From Alphaproteobacteria bacterium (GTDB lineage Bacteria > Pseudomonadota > Alphaproteobacteria > CAAHEQ01 > UBA3637), in contig JAZUQR010000027.1 of assembly GCA_045605805.1 (NCBI GenBank), positions 128,001 through 192,000 of the forward strand: 64,000 bases of DNA, in the 5' to 3' direction. Each line of letters opens with the position of its first letter. The first letter of the stretch is position 1. A program made the translations under genes and the position numbers. Below are positions 41,210 to 51,219 of the stretch, piece after piece. The notes under the pieces are model-generated. The model was given only the letters and a program-made list of their open reading frames with translations. It made no database searches and was not told the origin of the DNA.

Positions 41210-42340
41210 ATGACCCTAAGGATTATGCAGATTTTGCCCTCACTTAAACAAGGTGGCGTAGAAACAGGAACCATTGAAATTGCCGCTGCCTTACAACAAG
41301 CCAACATTTCAAACATTGTTGTATCCTCTGGCGGCCCAATGACAGACAGCTTAAAAAAGTTGGGCGTAAAACATATCACCTTGCCTGTTCAAAGCAAAAA
41401 CCCGTTTGTCATTTGGAAAAATGCAAAAAAATTAGCAGCCATAGTCAAAGAATATCAAATCACATTAATGCATGTCCGATCCCGAGCGCCGGCATGGTCC
41501 GTCTGGTTGGCCTCAAAAAAAACAGGCATTCCTTTTATAAGCTCTTACCATGGTATCTATGGCATAAAACCAAAATTGAAAAAGCTGTATAACCAAGTGA
41601 TGTTAAAAGGCCAGCACACCATTGCCGTATCTGAATATGTAAAACAACACCTGATAAACGAATATAATTATCCGCAAGAAAAAATAACTGTTATTCATCG
41701 TGGGGCCGATTTGAATCGCTTTAATATAGATAAAGTGACACCCCAAAAAATACAAGAATTTGCCGAAAAAAATCAAATTCCAATGGATAAACCAATTCTT
41801 ACATTGGTGGGGCGGTTATCCAAAATGAAGGGGCAATTGGAATTGATTCAAGCCTTACAAAAAATGGCCCATAAAGAAGTCACCTGTCTTTTAATTGGCG
41901 GCAAAGCCACCCCAAAATATCAAAAAGAATTAAATGAAATGATGCAAAAACTCCCCGCAACAACCAACCTAAAAATCCTATCGGTCAACAGCAAGGATAT
42001 GTATTTGGTGTATGCCTTATCAAATGTAATGGTTTCTGCCTCTTTAATTCCAGAATCGTTTGGGCGCACCATAGCCGAAGCAAACGCCATGAAAAAAATT
42101 GTGGTTGCCTTTAATCATGGAGGACCAACCGAAACAATCATACAAGGAAAAACAGGTTTTTTAACCCCTGTTGGCAACATTACCGAATTAGCCCATACAT
42201 TGGATAAAGTTTTGGATATGTCCGCTTCTGAAAAAGAACAAATGGAAAATGCCGCATACCAAAATGTCCACCAACACTTTTCTGTTCAAAAAATGTGTGA
42301 AAAAACACTGGCATTATATAAGGAGCTGTTCAATGACTAA
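41210..42340 (+). CDS. GT4 family glycosyltransferase, probably LPS core related
   Basis: GGVETGT, HVRSRAPAW and ESFGRTIAEA (EX7E) motifs. Confidence 0.9.
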   Translation: MTLRIMQILPSLKQGGVETGTIEIAAALQQANISNIVVSSGGPMTDSLKKLGVKHITLPVQSKNPFVIWKNAKKLAAIVKEYQITLMHVRSRAPAWSVWLASKKTGIPFISSYHGIYGIKPKLKKLYNQVMLKGQHTIAVSEYVKQHLINEYNYPQEKITVIHRGADLNRFNIDKVTPQKIQEFAEKNQIPMDKPILTLVGRLSKMKGQLELIQALQKMAHKEVTCLLIGGKATPKYQKELNEMMQKLPATTNLKILSVNSKDMYLVYALSNVMVSASLIPESFGRTIAEANAMKKIVVAFNHGGPTETIIQGKTGFLTPVGNITELAHTLDKVLDMSASEKEQMENAAYQNVHQHFSVQKMCEKTLALYKELFND

Positions 42341-42680
42341 AAACAAAAAACAAACCGAACCACAAACACAAAAAAAACAATCCCCCAAAGAACGGATTTC
42401 CCAATTAGAAAAGTTGGCCAACCGATTGGAAGTGATGCGTGTGGGAGATTATGTCACCAACTTAAACAAAACTTCTCGTTTAATTTGGATAAACCTGATA
42501 AGCGGGATTTCTCGTGGTGTAGGGCTAACCATTGGGGCAACCTTGGTTATCGCCATCATATTCAAAATTATCAGTGCCTTGATAAGCCTAAATGTGCCTT
42601 ATTTAAGTGAAATGATGCAAGAAATGCTGGATACACTTCAAAACAGATATCAACCTGTTCAACAAATCAACCCCAAATAG
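42333..42680 (+). CDS. DUF5665-like small membrane protein
   Basis: DYV..L....RLIWINLISGISRGVGLTIGAT pattern; AAGGAG RBS before ATG 42333. Confidence 0.7.
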   Translation: MTKNKKQTEPQTQKKQSPKERISQLEKLANRLEVMRVGDYVTNLNKTSRLIWINLISGISRGVGLTIGATLVIAIIFKIISALISLNVPYLSEMMQEMLDTLQNRYQPVQQINPK

Positions 42681-42683
42681 GTT

Positions 42684-42857
42684 TTACATAAACACACTCA
42701 GGATATCATGCAGCAGATCCAAAATCCGATCTGTCATATCAATAAACCAATTCAAAACAGTGTACACACACCATTCAATGGTGTGCATAATATACTCATA
42801 CGCCACCACAATGGGATGAGTCACATATGTGAAAAACTCAACAACATAATTTTTCAT
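42684..42857 (-). CDS. Small hypothetical protein (57 aa), absent from the ORF track
   Basis: MKNYVVEFF...HDILSVFM; ATG 3 nt after the ATPase stop, GGGAG RBS, fills the gap between convergent genes. Confidence 0.6.
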   Translation of the reverse strand: MKNYVVEFFTYVTHPIVVAYEYIMHTIEWCVYTVLNWFIDMTDRILDLLHDILSVFM

Positions 42858-42860
42858 ATT

Positions 42861-44363
42861 CTACTCCCTAAACATTGGTAAACCACGTTCCATGCGTGTT
42901 TTTTGTTGTTCCATAAATGTCGCCAAATTGATATTGGCATCCCGAATAGCCATTCGCATTTGGTCGGCCGCCTGAGCATTTGGATTGGCAAAAGCCGATT
43001 GATAAACCAATTTTAATTTGGTTGTCCCTTCCAAGCGTTGATGTACCACACCCAAAATACCCCGAGCCAACAAATCCGCCACAAGGCTGTTATCCAACCC
43101 TGTTGAGGCCGCATATTTAATAATAGAGTTCAAAGCATCTTCCACCCCATTGGCGTGGATGGTAGATAAAACCAAGTGTCCGGAAGTAGCCGCCACCAAA
43201 CATTGGCTGGCCGTTTCGGGGGTTCGGATTTCACCCACTAAAATATAACGTGGTTTAGAACGCAAAGCCGAACGCAAGCCGGCCCCCCATTGGTCATTTT
43301 CAACCGGCACTTGTTTGCAAAGACCTAATCCGCCATTTTTGGAATGATACACGCCCGATAAAGGCATTTCAGGGGGATCTTCAATGGTGTATAAAAAGCC
43401 GCCATCCGTATCCAAAAAGCGTTTCATCAAAGCCGAAACGGTGGTGGTTTTACCTTGTCCTGTCGGTCCGGCAAAAAGCAACAATCCCGAAGAACGGCTT
43501 AAACTTGTCAAATGTTTCACAACCGATGGAGCAAACCCCAAAGTTTCAATTTCGGGCGTTGTGGTCGGCATTTTACGACAGTTATATTGTAACCCATCGG
43601 CCGTATTCACCCGCTCCACACGATAGGAATCACCGGCAAAACGCACGGCATAACTGGACATCCCCGTAAAACCTTGCTCCAAAACCGTATGAAACTCATC
43701 CAAATCATCTGTTTCAATGGGCGTTAAAGCAAAACGAGTATCCTTATCCCGTACATAGGCCACCCCTTCTGGTGTGAACCAAATATCCGCAAAATCAACA
43801 TTATGTAACGAATCCCCACGCACCGTTTTAATTTCATGAATCACATCTTTTTCAAAATGTTCCTTAAATTCAATGGACGACTTGGGGGCAACAGGGGTCA
43901 CTGAATCAACAGGTGTTTCGTCCGAAGGGATAAAGACTTTGGCATTTTCCACTTTCTGTGGAGCCTCTGTTTTCAAAAACGAAGGCGGTTCTGGCGGATT
44001 TTCCACCTTATTCTCTGGCAACTCATCCATAGGTAAAGCTGTTTCTGGATTTTCTTCTTCATCCGGCAAATCAGCCAAATCCAGCGCACTCTGGCCCGCC
44101 TCCGGCCGAACAACAGAAGGTAATTCATCTGGCAGAATCGGATGATTTGCCATGGGAGGTTTAGCGTTGGGATCAAGCGCATCTGACATCAGTTGTGGCC
44201 GAACTTCCGGCAAAGGATTTTGTTGTACATCAGGCTGTGCAGAAGGCAAAGTCATAGCGGCTGGTTTAGGCATCTCTGTCCTTGGCACAGGTGCCACCGG
44301 CACAGGCGTATTTGGATTTTCCGAATCTTCCGGCGGACGACCATGTAAAAAGCGTTCAAACAT
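42861..44363 (-). CDS. PilT-like type IV pilus/secretion ATPase with a long Pro-rich N-terminal extension
   Basis: Walker A GPTGQGKTT, Asp box TIEDPPE, Walker B ILVGEIR, His box TSGHLVLSTIH, AIRNLIRE-like MRMAIRD. Confidence 0.85.
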   Translation of the reverse strand: MFERFLHGRPPEDSENPNTPVPVAPVPRTEMPKPAAMTLPSAQPDVQQNPLPEVRPQLMSDALDPNAKPPMANHPILPDELPSVVRPEAGQSALDLADLPDEEENPETALPMDELPENKVENPPEPPSFLKTEAPQKVENAKVFIPSDETPVDSVTPVAPKSSIEFKEHFEKDVIHEIKTVRGDSLHNVDFADIWFTPEGVAYVRDKDTRFALTPIETDDLDEFHTVLEQGFTGMSSYAVRFAGDSYRVERVNTADGLQYNCRKMPTTTPEIETLGFAPSVVKHLTSLSRSSGLLLFAGPTGQGKTTTVSALMKRFLDTDGGFLYTIEDPPEMPLSGVYHSKNGGLGLCKQVPVENDQWGAGLRSALRSKPRYILVGEIRTPETASQCLVAATSGHLVLSTIHANGVEDALNSIIKYAASTGLDNSLVADLLARGILGVVHQRLEGTTKLKLVYQSAFANPNAQAADQMRMAIRDANINLATFMEQQKTRMERGLPMFRE

Positions 44364-44481
44364 AAAAAAACCTCCTCTTTTACTCTATCATGAACTTTTT
44401 TCCACACTTTTGCAAGTTTTTTCTTTTGGATAATATTTTTTTTAGGCAACCACCCACAACCTCTTGTCATAAAATAAAAAC

Positions 44482-44510
44482 TTGATTTTTTTCAAAAAGT
44501 AATGTATAAT
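44482..44510 (+). promoter_or_regulatory. Sigma70-type promoter for rpsO
   Basis: TTGATT-17 bp-TATAAT. Confidence 0.7.
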
Positions 44511-44513
44511 ATA

Positions 44514-44600
44514 TCTCGTTATTTTTAATGAAAACAGTGTTGACCTAACTGAACGATATCTCGGTGTGTGCCAATTCTGTTGGAAAAAATAACAACGAAT
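44514..44600 (+). promoter_or_regulatory. Putative alphaproteobacterial S15 autoregulatory leader RNA
   Basis: Nested stems (TCGTTATTTT/AAAATAACAACGA, AACAG/CTGTT) enclose CTGAACGATATCTCGG, which resembles the core of alpha rpsO leaders as I recall it. Confidence 0.6.
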
Positions 44601-44622
44601 AAAACAAATGAAAGGAAAAAAG

Positions 44623-44892
44623 ATGTCGTTAACAAAAGAAGCAAAACAAAAATTGATTGCTGACTTCGCCACAACAAAAGGCGATACAGGTTCACCGGAT
44701 GTGCAAATTGCTGTATTGACAGAAAAGATTGCCGCCTTGGCTGAACACATGAAAACACACGCCAAAGACTTTCACTCCCGTCGTGGTTTGAATGCCATGG
44801 TGACACGTCGTCGCCAATTGTTGGCTTATGTTAAAAAGCAAGATAAATCTCGCTATGAAGATTTAATTGCCCGCTTGAAATTGCGTAAATAA
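44623..44892 (+). CDS. rpsO: 30S ribosomal protein S15
   Basis: [23 protein letters not shown] and LKLRK motifs. Confidence 0.98.
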   Translation: MSLTKEAKQKLIADFATTKGDTGSPDVQIAVLTEKIAALAEHMKTHAKDFHSRRGLNAMVTRRRQLLAYVKKQDKSRYEDLIARLKLRK

Positions 44893-44899
44893 TTTCACA

Positions 44900-44931
44900 G
44901 CAAGGGGTGTCAAGGGATGCCCCTTGCCTTT
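44900..44931 (+). terminator. Hairpin between rpsO and pnp (weak terminator or processing site)
   Basis: GCAAGGGGTGTC-AAGG-GATGCCCCTTGC followed by only a short T run. Confidence 0.6.
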
Positions 44932-44962
44932 GTATGTATGAATGATGAAGAAAGGAAAAAAG

Positions 44963-47140
44963 ATGTCAATTTTTACAACATATAAAAAAGAAATGACATG
45001 GGGCGGAAAACCCTTGTCCATTGAAACAGGTAAAATCGGCCGTCAAGCCGACGGTTCTGTCATCGTCCGTTATGCAGATACAGTGATTCATGCAACTGTG
45101 TGTGCCTCTAAAAAAACACCGGACACATTTGAAGATTTCATTCCATTGACCGTCAACTATCAAGAAAAAACCTATTCTGCCGGTCAAATTCCTGGGGGAT
45201 TTTTTAAGCGTGAAGGAAAACCAAGTGAACACGAAGTGTTGGTCAGCCGTTTGATTGACCGTCCTATCCGTCCTTTGTTTGTCAAGGGCTTTAATAATGA
45301 AACACAAGTTGTTTGCACATTGATTTCTTATGACAAAAAAACCCAAGCCGATATCGTTGCCATGATTGCGGCTTCTGCGGCCATCACAATTTCCGGCTTG
45401 CCATTTTTGGGGCCAATTGCTGGCGCACGGGTGGGTTATATTGATGGTCAATATGTGTTAAACCCAGATATTCAACAAATGAAGAACACCGATTTGGACT
45501 TGGTTGTTGCCGGTACCAAAGAAGGGGTGTTGATGGTTGAATCCGAAGCCCAAGAATTGTCCGAAGAAGTAATGTTGGGTGCTGTGGAGTTTGGTCATGA
45601 AAGTTTGAAACCTGTGATTGATTTGATTATTGCCTTGGCCGAAGAATGTGCCAAAGACCCATGGGAAGTTCAATCCGAACCGGCTGAATACGAAACAGTC
45701 CGCACACAAATCAAAACAAGTTTGGGTGATAAAATCGCAGCCGCCTATCAAATTCACAATAAATTGGAACGCCAAAACACATTGGATGCCATTCGTGAAG
45801 AAGCCAAAGCCTTGTTTGAAGGCAAAGAAGTAGAATTATCCATCTATGAAAAAGTGTTTCATGAATTAGAAGCCAGAACAGTGCGTGATTCCATCTTGGC
45901 TGGTAATCCTCGTATTGATGGGCGTGACACAAAAACCGTTCGTGTGATTGAAACCGAAGTCGGTTTGTTGCCAAAAGCCCATGGTTCTGCCTTGTTCACA
46001 CGGGGTGAAACACAAGCCATGGTTGTCACAACATTAGGCACAGAAGATGACGAACAAATCATTGATTCGTTGGATGGTGAAACCTCTGAAAGTTTTATGT
46101 TGCACTATAACTTCCCGCCTTATTCTGTGGGTGAAGTGGGCCGTCTTGGCTCTCCGGGCCGTCGTGAAATCGGCCATGGAAAATTGGCATGGCGTGCCAT
46201 CCACCCAATGTTGCCGAACAAAGAACAATTCCCTTACACAATTCGTGTTGTGTCTGATATTATGGAATCTAACGGGTCTTCCTCTATGGCAACAGTTTGT
46301 GGTTCAACCTTGTCCTTGATGGATGCGGGTGTCCCAATGAAAAAACCTGTGGCAGGGATTGCAATGGGTTTAATCAAAGAAGGCGAAAAGTTTGCCGTTT
46401 TAACCGACATTTTGGGTGATGAAGATCACTTAGGCGATATGGATTTCAAAGTGGCCGGCACAAAAGACGGTGTCACCGCCTTGCAAATGGATATTAAAAT
46501 CACATCCATTACAAAAGAAATCATGGCAATTGCCTTGCAACAAGCCCACGAAGGCCGGATGCATATTTTGGGCAAGATGGCCGAATCTATCGCTGAACCT
46601 CGTGCTGAAATAAGCCCGAATGCCCCACGCATCCAATCTTTCCAAATTGATAAAGAAAAGATTCGTGAAGTCATCGGTTCTGGTGGAAAAACCATTCGTG
46701 AAATCACCGAAAAAACAGGCGCAACAATCAACATTTCTGAGGAAGGGATTGTGTCTGTGGCCGCCGTGGATGGCATTGCCGGTCAAGCCGCCATTGATTG
46801 GATTAAAGGCATTGTCGCCGAACCTGAAAAGGGCCAAGTCTATGATGGAACAGTTGTCAAGATTATGGAATTCGGTGCCTTTGTGAACTTTATGCCAAAT
46901 CGTGACGGATTGGTCCATGTGTCCGAAATCAAACCGGAACGTGTGGAAAAAGTGACCGATGTGTTGCATGAAGGAGATAAAGTCAAAGTCTTGTGTCAAG
47001 GAACAGACAATCGTGGAAAAATCAAACTGTCCATGAAACGTGTGAACCAAGAAACAGGCGAATTGATTGAATTACCTGAAAAGAAAAAACACACAGACGG
47101 TGAATCAGAAGAAAAACCAACTGAAACACCTGCCGAATAA
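44963..47140 (+). CDS. pnp: Polyribonucleotide nucleotidyltransferase
   Basis: [24 protein letters not shown] and DHLGDMDFK motifs; KH and S1 domains. Confidence 0.99.
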   Translation: MSIFTTYKKEMTWGGKPLSIETGKIGRQADGSVIVRYADTVIHATVCASKKTPDTFEDFIPLTVNYQEKTYSAGQIPGGFFKREGKPSEHEVLVSRLIDRPIRPLFVKGFNNETQVVCTLISYDKKTQADIVAMIAASAAITISGLPFLGPIAGARVGYIDGQYVLNPDIQQMKNTDLDLVVAGTKEGVLMVESEAQELSEEVMLGAVEFGHESLKPVIDLIIALAEECAKDPWEVQSEPAEYETVRTQIKTSLGDKIAAAYQIHNKLERQNTLDAIREEAKALFEGKEVELSIYEKVFHELEARTVRDSILAGNPRIDGRDTKTVRVIETEVGLLPKAHGSALFTRGETQAMVVTTLGTEDDEQIIDSLDGETSESFMLHYNFPPYSVGEVGRLGSPGRREIGHGKLAWRAIHPMLPNKEQFPYTIRVVSDIMESNGSSSMATVCGSTLSLMDAGVPMKKPVAGIAMGLIKEGEKFAVLTDILGDEDHLGDMDFKVAGTKDGVTALQMDIKITSITKEIMAIALQQAHEGRMHILGKMAESIAEPRAEISPNAPRIQSFQIDKEKIREVIGSGGKTIREITEKTGATINISEEGIVSVAAVDGIAGQAAIDWIKGIVAEPEKGQVYDGTVVKIMEFGAFVNFMPNRDGLVHVSEIKPERVEKVTDVLHEGDKVKVLCQGTDNRGKIKLSMKRVNQETGELIELPEKKKHTDGESEEKPTETPAE

Positions 47141-47152
47141 AAACAGGCAAAG

Positions 47153-47186
47153 AAAACACCCCGCCCAAAAGGTGGGGTGTTTTTTT
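47153..47186. terminator. Bidirectional terminator between pnp and truB
   Basis: AAAACACCCCGCC-CAAAA-GGTGGGGTGTTTTTTT. Confidence 0.85.
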
Positions 47187-47199
47187 GAATCTTCCAAAC

Positions 47200-48099
47200 C
47201 TACCAAATAAATAAAGGACGCAAAACCAAATTGTCTTTTTGAACCAAACCACACACCACACCATCCGTTTGAACTTTCACCACACCTGTGGATAAAGTTA
47301 TCTTCTGTGGTAAAGATAATTTATTCATACTCAACCGCTGGCCACAAGAAAGCCGATAAAGCTCGTCTGTGGATAAAAATAAACAGGGCATCGGTGGCAA
47401 CACTGTTTCCATGGATATCAACGGTAAATTATCCAAACAAACAGCCCCCGATTTAATTTGTTCAACCGTCACAGCCATAGATAAATCAAACGGCAAACAA
47501 ACGGTTCGTCTTAAAAAAGTCACAACGCCAACTGTTCCCAAAGCATGGGCTATATCATGGGCCAAAGAACGCACATAAGTCCCCTTACTGCATACCACTT
47601 CAAAAGTGGCTTGTTCGGTTTGAAAATCAATCAACTTTAATGAATAAATAAACACAGGACGAGCCACCAAATGCACTTCCTTTCCTGCTCTGGCCAAATC
47701 ATAGGCCCTTTGTCCATTCACACGCAAAGCCGAAAAGATATTAGGGGTTTGCATGATCTGACCGTTAAAACGCCCTAAAACAGCCTCTACGGCCTCTTTG
47801 GAAGGGCGCACCTCGCTGTGATCAACCACATCTCCACCTAAATCATCCGAAGCCGTTTCCACGCCCCATTGAATCGTAAAACGATAGGTTTTTTGTCCCT
47901 CCATCACATAAGAAATTAAACGGGTTGCCTTTCCAAAAGCAATAGGCAAAACACCGCTTGCCAAAGGGTCCAAAGTACCGGCATGTCCAATTTTTTCGGG
48001 ATGAAAATATCTTTTCAACAAAGAAACAACTTGTGTAGAACCCATTTCATAGGGCTTATCTACCACCAAAAAACCGTTTATCTTATTCTTCTGATTCAA
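47200..48099 (-). CDS. truB: tRNA pseudouridine 55 synthase
   Basis: GHAGTLDPLASG and CSKGTYVRSL motifs. Confidence 0.97.
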   Translation of the reverse strand: MNQKNKINGFLVVDKPYEMGSTQVVSLLKRYFHPEKIGHAGTLDPLASGVLPIAFGKATRLISYVMEGQKTYRFTIQWGVETASDDLGGDVVDHSEVRPSKEAVEAVLGRFNGQIMQTPNIFSALRVNGQRAYDLARAGKEVHLVARPVFIYSLKLIDFQTEQATFEVVCSKGTYVRSLAHDIAHALGTVGVVTFLRRTVCLPFDLSMAVTVEQIKSGAVCLDNLPLISMETVLPPMPCLFLSTDELYRLSCGQRLSMNKLSLPQKITLSTGVVKVQTDGVVCGLVQKDNLVLRPLFIW

Positions 48100-48469
48100 T
48101 GTCAGCCTTTACTTTTGGAGAGTTAAGAAGCTGTTCAATGCGTTCAGCCTGTTCCATACGAGTATCAACCACAAAATCCAACTCTGGCACAATCCTCAAA
48201 CGAATCTGTCGGCCAATTTCCTTTCTGAAAATCCCCTTATGAGCCTTTAACAAAGCCACCTGCTCGGCCGTATCAACGGGAGGAATAGCCCGCACATAAA
48301 GACGAGCAAAAGATAAATCTGGCGAAATATCCACTTCCGTCAACATAATATACGAAGCCTTCAAGCCTGTAATAAAGAAATTATTGTGAATCAATAAAGT
48401 GGCCAACACATGTTGGATTTCTTCCGCAACACGCAATTGCCGTTGACTGGGTGCTTTTTTTCCACGCAT
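48083..48469 (-). CDS. rbfA: Ribosome-binding factor A
   Basis: SQRQLRVAEEI, ISPDL and LRIVPELDF motifs. Confidence 0.93.
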   Translation of the reverse strand: MRGKKAPSQRQLRVAEEIQHVLATLLIHNNFFITGLKASYIMLTEVDISPDLSFARLYVRAIPPVDTAEQVALLKAHKGIFRKEIGRQIRLRIVPELDFVVDTRMEQAERIEQLLNSPKVKADIESEE

Positions 48470-48479
48470 CACATTCTCC

Positions 48480-50882
48480 TTAGTTTGCCACAAACTTCAC
48501 CGCAGTTTGTTCCATTTCAAAACATTCCACAATGTCGCCTTCTTTAATATCATCAAACTTGGCCAACTTCACACCGCATTCAAAAGATTCTTTCACCTCA
48601 CGGACATCATCTTTAATGCGTTTCAATTGTTCCAAATCACCGGTATAAATCACCGTATCATCACGCAGCAAGCGCACCTTTGCCCCCCGTTTGATAATAC
48701 CTTCTGTCACCATACAACCGGCAATTTTACCCACTTTGGAAATAGAAATAACCTGACGAATTTCGGCATAACCCAAAATCTTTTCGTGTTCTTCTGGGGC
48801 AAGCATTCCTTCCACCACATTTTTGATATCATCAGCCACATCATATACAATAGAATAATAACGAATATCCACACCATCCCGTTTGGCAGCGGCCCTTGCC
48901 CCTTGGTTGGCCCGCACATTAAATCCAATCACAATGGCATGACTGGCTCTGGCCAAAGCGATATCTGTTTCATTGATACCCCCCACAGCACTATGTACAA
49001 TATTGACTTTGATTTCATCATTTTTAATTTTGGATAAAATACCAATCAAAGCCTCCACAGAGCCTTGCACATCGGCTTTAATCAACACAGGTACTTCTTT
49101 AATCTGGCCGGCTTTTATTTGGGCCAACAAGCCTTCTGTGCCACCAATATGTTTCACATTTAATAATTCACGAGCCTTGCGTTGACGATAAGCAGAAATA
49201 TCTCTGGCAGTTTGTTCATCATCCACCACAGAAAAATCATCACCGGCCGCTGGCGTACCGTTCAAGCCAATCACTTCCACAGGTTGAGCCGGTTCAGCCG
49301 TCTCCAAAACCTGATTTTTGGCATTACTCATAGAACGCACACGCCCCCATTCTTGACCAACAACGAACAAATCCCCCACATGTAATGTGCCTTTTTTCAC
49401 CAAAATAGTGGCCACAGAACCCCGTCCTTTTTCCATACGGGCTTCCACAACAACCCCTTCGGCAGGGCAATTTTTTGGGGCCTTCAAATCCAACATTTCC
49501 GCCTGCAACAAAATAGCATCAACTAGTTTATCCAAATTGATATGTTTTTTGGCCGAAACTTCCACTTCTAACACATCACCGCCCATAGATTCAACCGCAA
49601 TTTCATGTTGCAATAAATCCAAACGCACACGGTTTGGATCAGCCCCTGGCACATCAATTTTGTTGATGGCCACAATCACAGGCACACCCGCCGCTTTGGC
49701 ATGATGAATGGCTTCAATGGTCTGAGGCATCACACTGTCATTGGCCGCCACAACCAAAATCACAATATCGGTCACCTGCGCCCCTCTGGCACGCATAGCC
49801 GTAAAGGCTTCATGCCCTGGCGTATCAATAAAGGTAATTTTCTTACCGTTTTCCAATTCCACCTGATACGCACCAATATGTTGTGTAATCCCACCCGATT
49901 CCTTGGCCGCCACATTGGTGGAACGCAACGCATCCAAAAGAGAAGTTTTACCATGGTCCACATGGCCCATAACCGTCACCACAGGCGGCCGGAATTCGTG
50001 CTCGGATTCGGGGATTTCATCCCGTTTCAAAATGTTTTCCACATCCGACTCGGCCACACGTTGTTTCACACGATGGCCCATTTCTGTCACAACCAATTCT
50101 GCGGTATCCGCATCAATAGACTGTGTAATCGTCACCATCATCCCTAACTTCATCAAGGTTTTAACAACATCCGCCCCTTTTTCGGCCATACGAGAAGCCA
50201 ATTCCTGAACCGTAATAGTTTCCGGAATAATCACATCATGAATCACCTTTTCTGCCGGCCCCTTTTGGGCATTCAAAAACTTTTGATATTGTTTTTCTCT
50301 GGCTCGTTTAATAGAGGCCAAAGAACGGCGGTGATGATGTGGCCCGCTTTCACCATCTCCTTCTTCATCATCCGAAGTGTATTGCTTGTACGCATTCAGA
50401 TTCATCTTATTGGCCCGTTTAGCTTCAAAAGCACCTTGAGAACGATTCATAGATTGTTCTAATTCTTTTTGCTTTTTGGCGGCTAAAATCTCGTTCACAT
50501 CCTTCTTTTTTGATTCAGTAAAGGTTTTGGGTTTAGAAGGTACTTGTGCTTCAACAGCTGTCACCGCTGCCACAGGCTGTGTCTGAACAGCGGCTTCTTC
50601 TGCGGCTCTGCGTTCTTGCTCTAAACGCACTTTTTCGGCCTGAGCTTGACGTTCTGCCTCTAATTGTCGGGCGTGTTCCGCCACCCGTTGAGCTTCTTGC
50701 AACAATTTTAATTTTTGGGCCGTATTTTCACTTAAAACGGTTTGTTTTTGTTCTGGTGAGATAACTCTGCGTTGCTTACGCACTTCCACCTGCACACCGG
50801 TACGCACCGAAGTATTTGGGCGCAAAGTCCCCCCCAAAGATAATGTTTTACCTGATAATGTCAATTTTTTATCTTCACTCAT
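48480..50882 (-). CDS. infB: Translation initiation factor IF-2
   Basis: [28 protein letters not shown] and KADVQGS motifs. Confidence 0.99.
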   Translation of the reverse strand: MSEDKKLTLSGKTLSLGGTLRPNTSVRTGVQVEVRKQRRVISPEQKQTVLSENTAQKLKLLQEAQRVAEHARQLEAERQAQAEKVRLEQERRAAEEAAVQTQPVAAVTAVEAQVPSKPKTFTESKKKDVNEILAAKKQKELEQSMNRSQGAFEAKRANKMNLNAYKQYTSDDEEGDGESGPHHHRRSLASIKRAREKQYQKFLNAQKGPAEKVIHDVIIPETITVQELASRMAEKGADVVKTLMKLGMMVTITQSIDADTAELVVTEMGHRVKQRVAESDVENILKRDEIPESEHEFRPPVVTVMGHVDHGKTSLLDALRSTNVAAKESGGITQHIGAYQVELENGKKITFIDTPGHEAFTAMRARGAQVTDIVILVVAANDSVMPQTIEAIHHAKAAGVPVIVAINKIDVPGADPNRVRLDLLQHEIAVESMGGDVLEVEVSAKKHINLDKLVDAILLQAEMLDLKAPKNCPAEGVVVEARMEKGRGSVATILVKKGTLHVGDLFVVGQEWGRVRSMSNAKNQVLETAEPAQPVEVIGLNGTPAAGDDFSVVDDEQTARDISAYRQRKARELLNVKHIGGTEGLLAQIKAGQIKEVPVLIKADVQGSVEALIGILSKIKNDEIKVNIVHSAVGGINETDIALARASHAIVIGFNVRANQGARAAAKRDGVDIRYYSIVYDVADDIKNVVEGMLAPEEHEKILGYAEIRQVISISKVGKIAGCMVTEGIIKRGAKVRLLRDDTVIYTGDLEQLKRIKDDVREVKESFECGVKLAKFDDIKEGDIVECFEMEQTAVKFVAN

Positions 50883-51219
50883 GACTGGCTCCTTCTAAAA
50901 AGAGTTTTTGTTTTTCGGGATATCTTTCAAGCATTTGTTCAACCACACACATCAAATCCGTTGGAATATGAACCGTTCCTTTTGCCGCTTTGTAAAAAAG
51001 TTTTTTGTCAATCGCTTGTTCTAAACAGGCTTTATTGGCATGCAACCACATTCCCCGACCGGGCATCACTTCTTTTGCATCAAAACAAACAGTTTGTCCC
51101 GCTCGCCCCACAAAGCGCAACATCTCGGCCCGCGGGGCAGCCGTTTTACAAACAAAACAAGTGCGTGTTCCCACAACTGTTTTGGGATTTGAATTTTTGT
51201 GATTGTGTCTATTCACCAA
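50875..51219 (-). CDS. YlxR/DUF448 family RNA-binding protein
   Basis: RTCFVC, MLRFV and PGRGMW motifs; lies between nusA and infB; exact start uncertain. Confidence 0.85.
   Translation of the reverse strand: MVNRHNHKNSNPKTVVGTRTCFVCKTAAPRAEMLRFVGRAGQTVCFDAKEVMPGRGMWLHANKACLEQAIDKKLFYKAAKGTVHIPTDLMCVVEQMLERYPEKQKLFLEGASHE

Noticed and set aside
42780-42807. GGTGTGCATAA-TATACT resembles the XerC arm of a dif site
   Set aside because: There is no XerD arm (CATACGCCACC instead of TTATGTTAAAT), it lies inside a plausible small ORF, and I see no skew switch
42861-44363. ATPase as Dot/Icm DotB
   Set aside because: The Asp box EDPPE and the AIRD motif fit PilT-like pilus ATPases better, and there are no icm/dot genes in the window; not fully excluded without a phylogeny
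44610-44967. Identical 18-nt GAAAGGAAAAAAGATGTC at the starts of rpsO and pnp
   Set aside because: Low-complexity RBS plus spacer plus ATG-TC; similar AAAGGA-A-rich starts occur throughout the window
46430-47050. Long antisense ORFs opposite pnp (also opposite uvrA, infB, rpsB and recA)
   Set aside because: They are antisense shadows of conserved genes with biased codon use; I recognised no motifs in them
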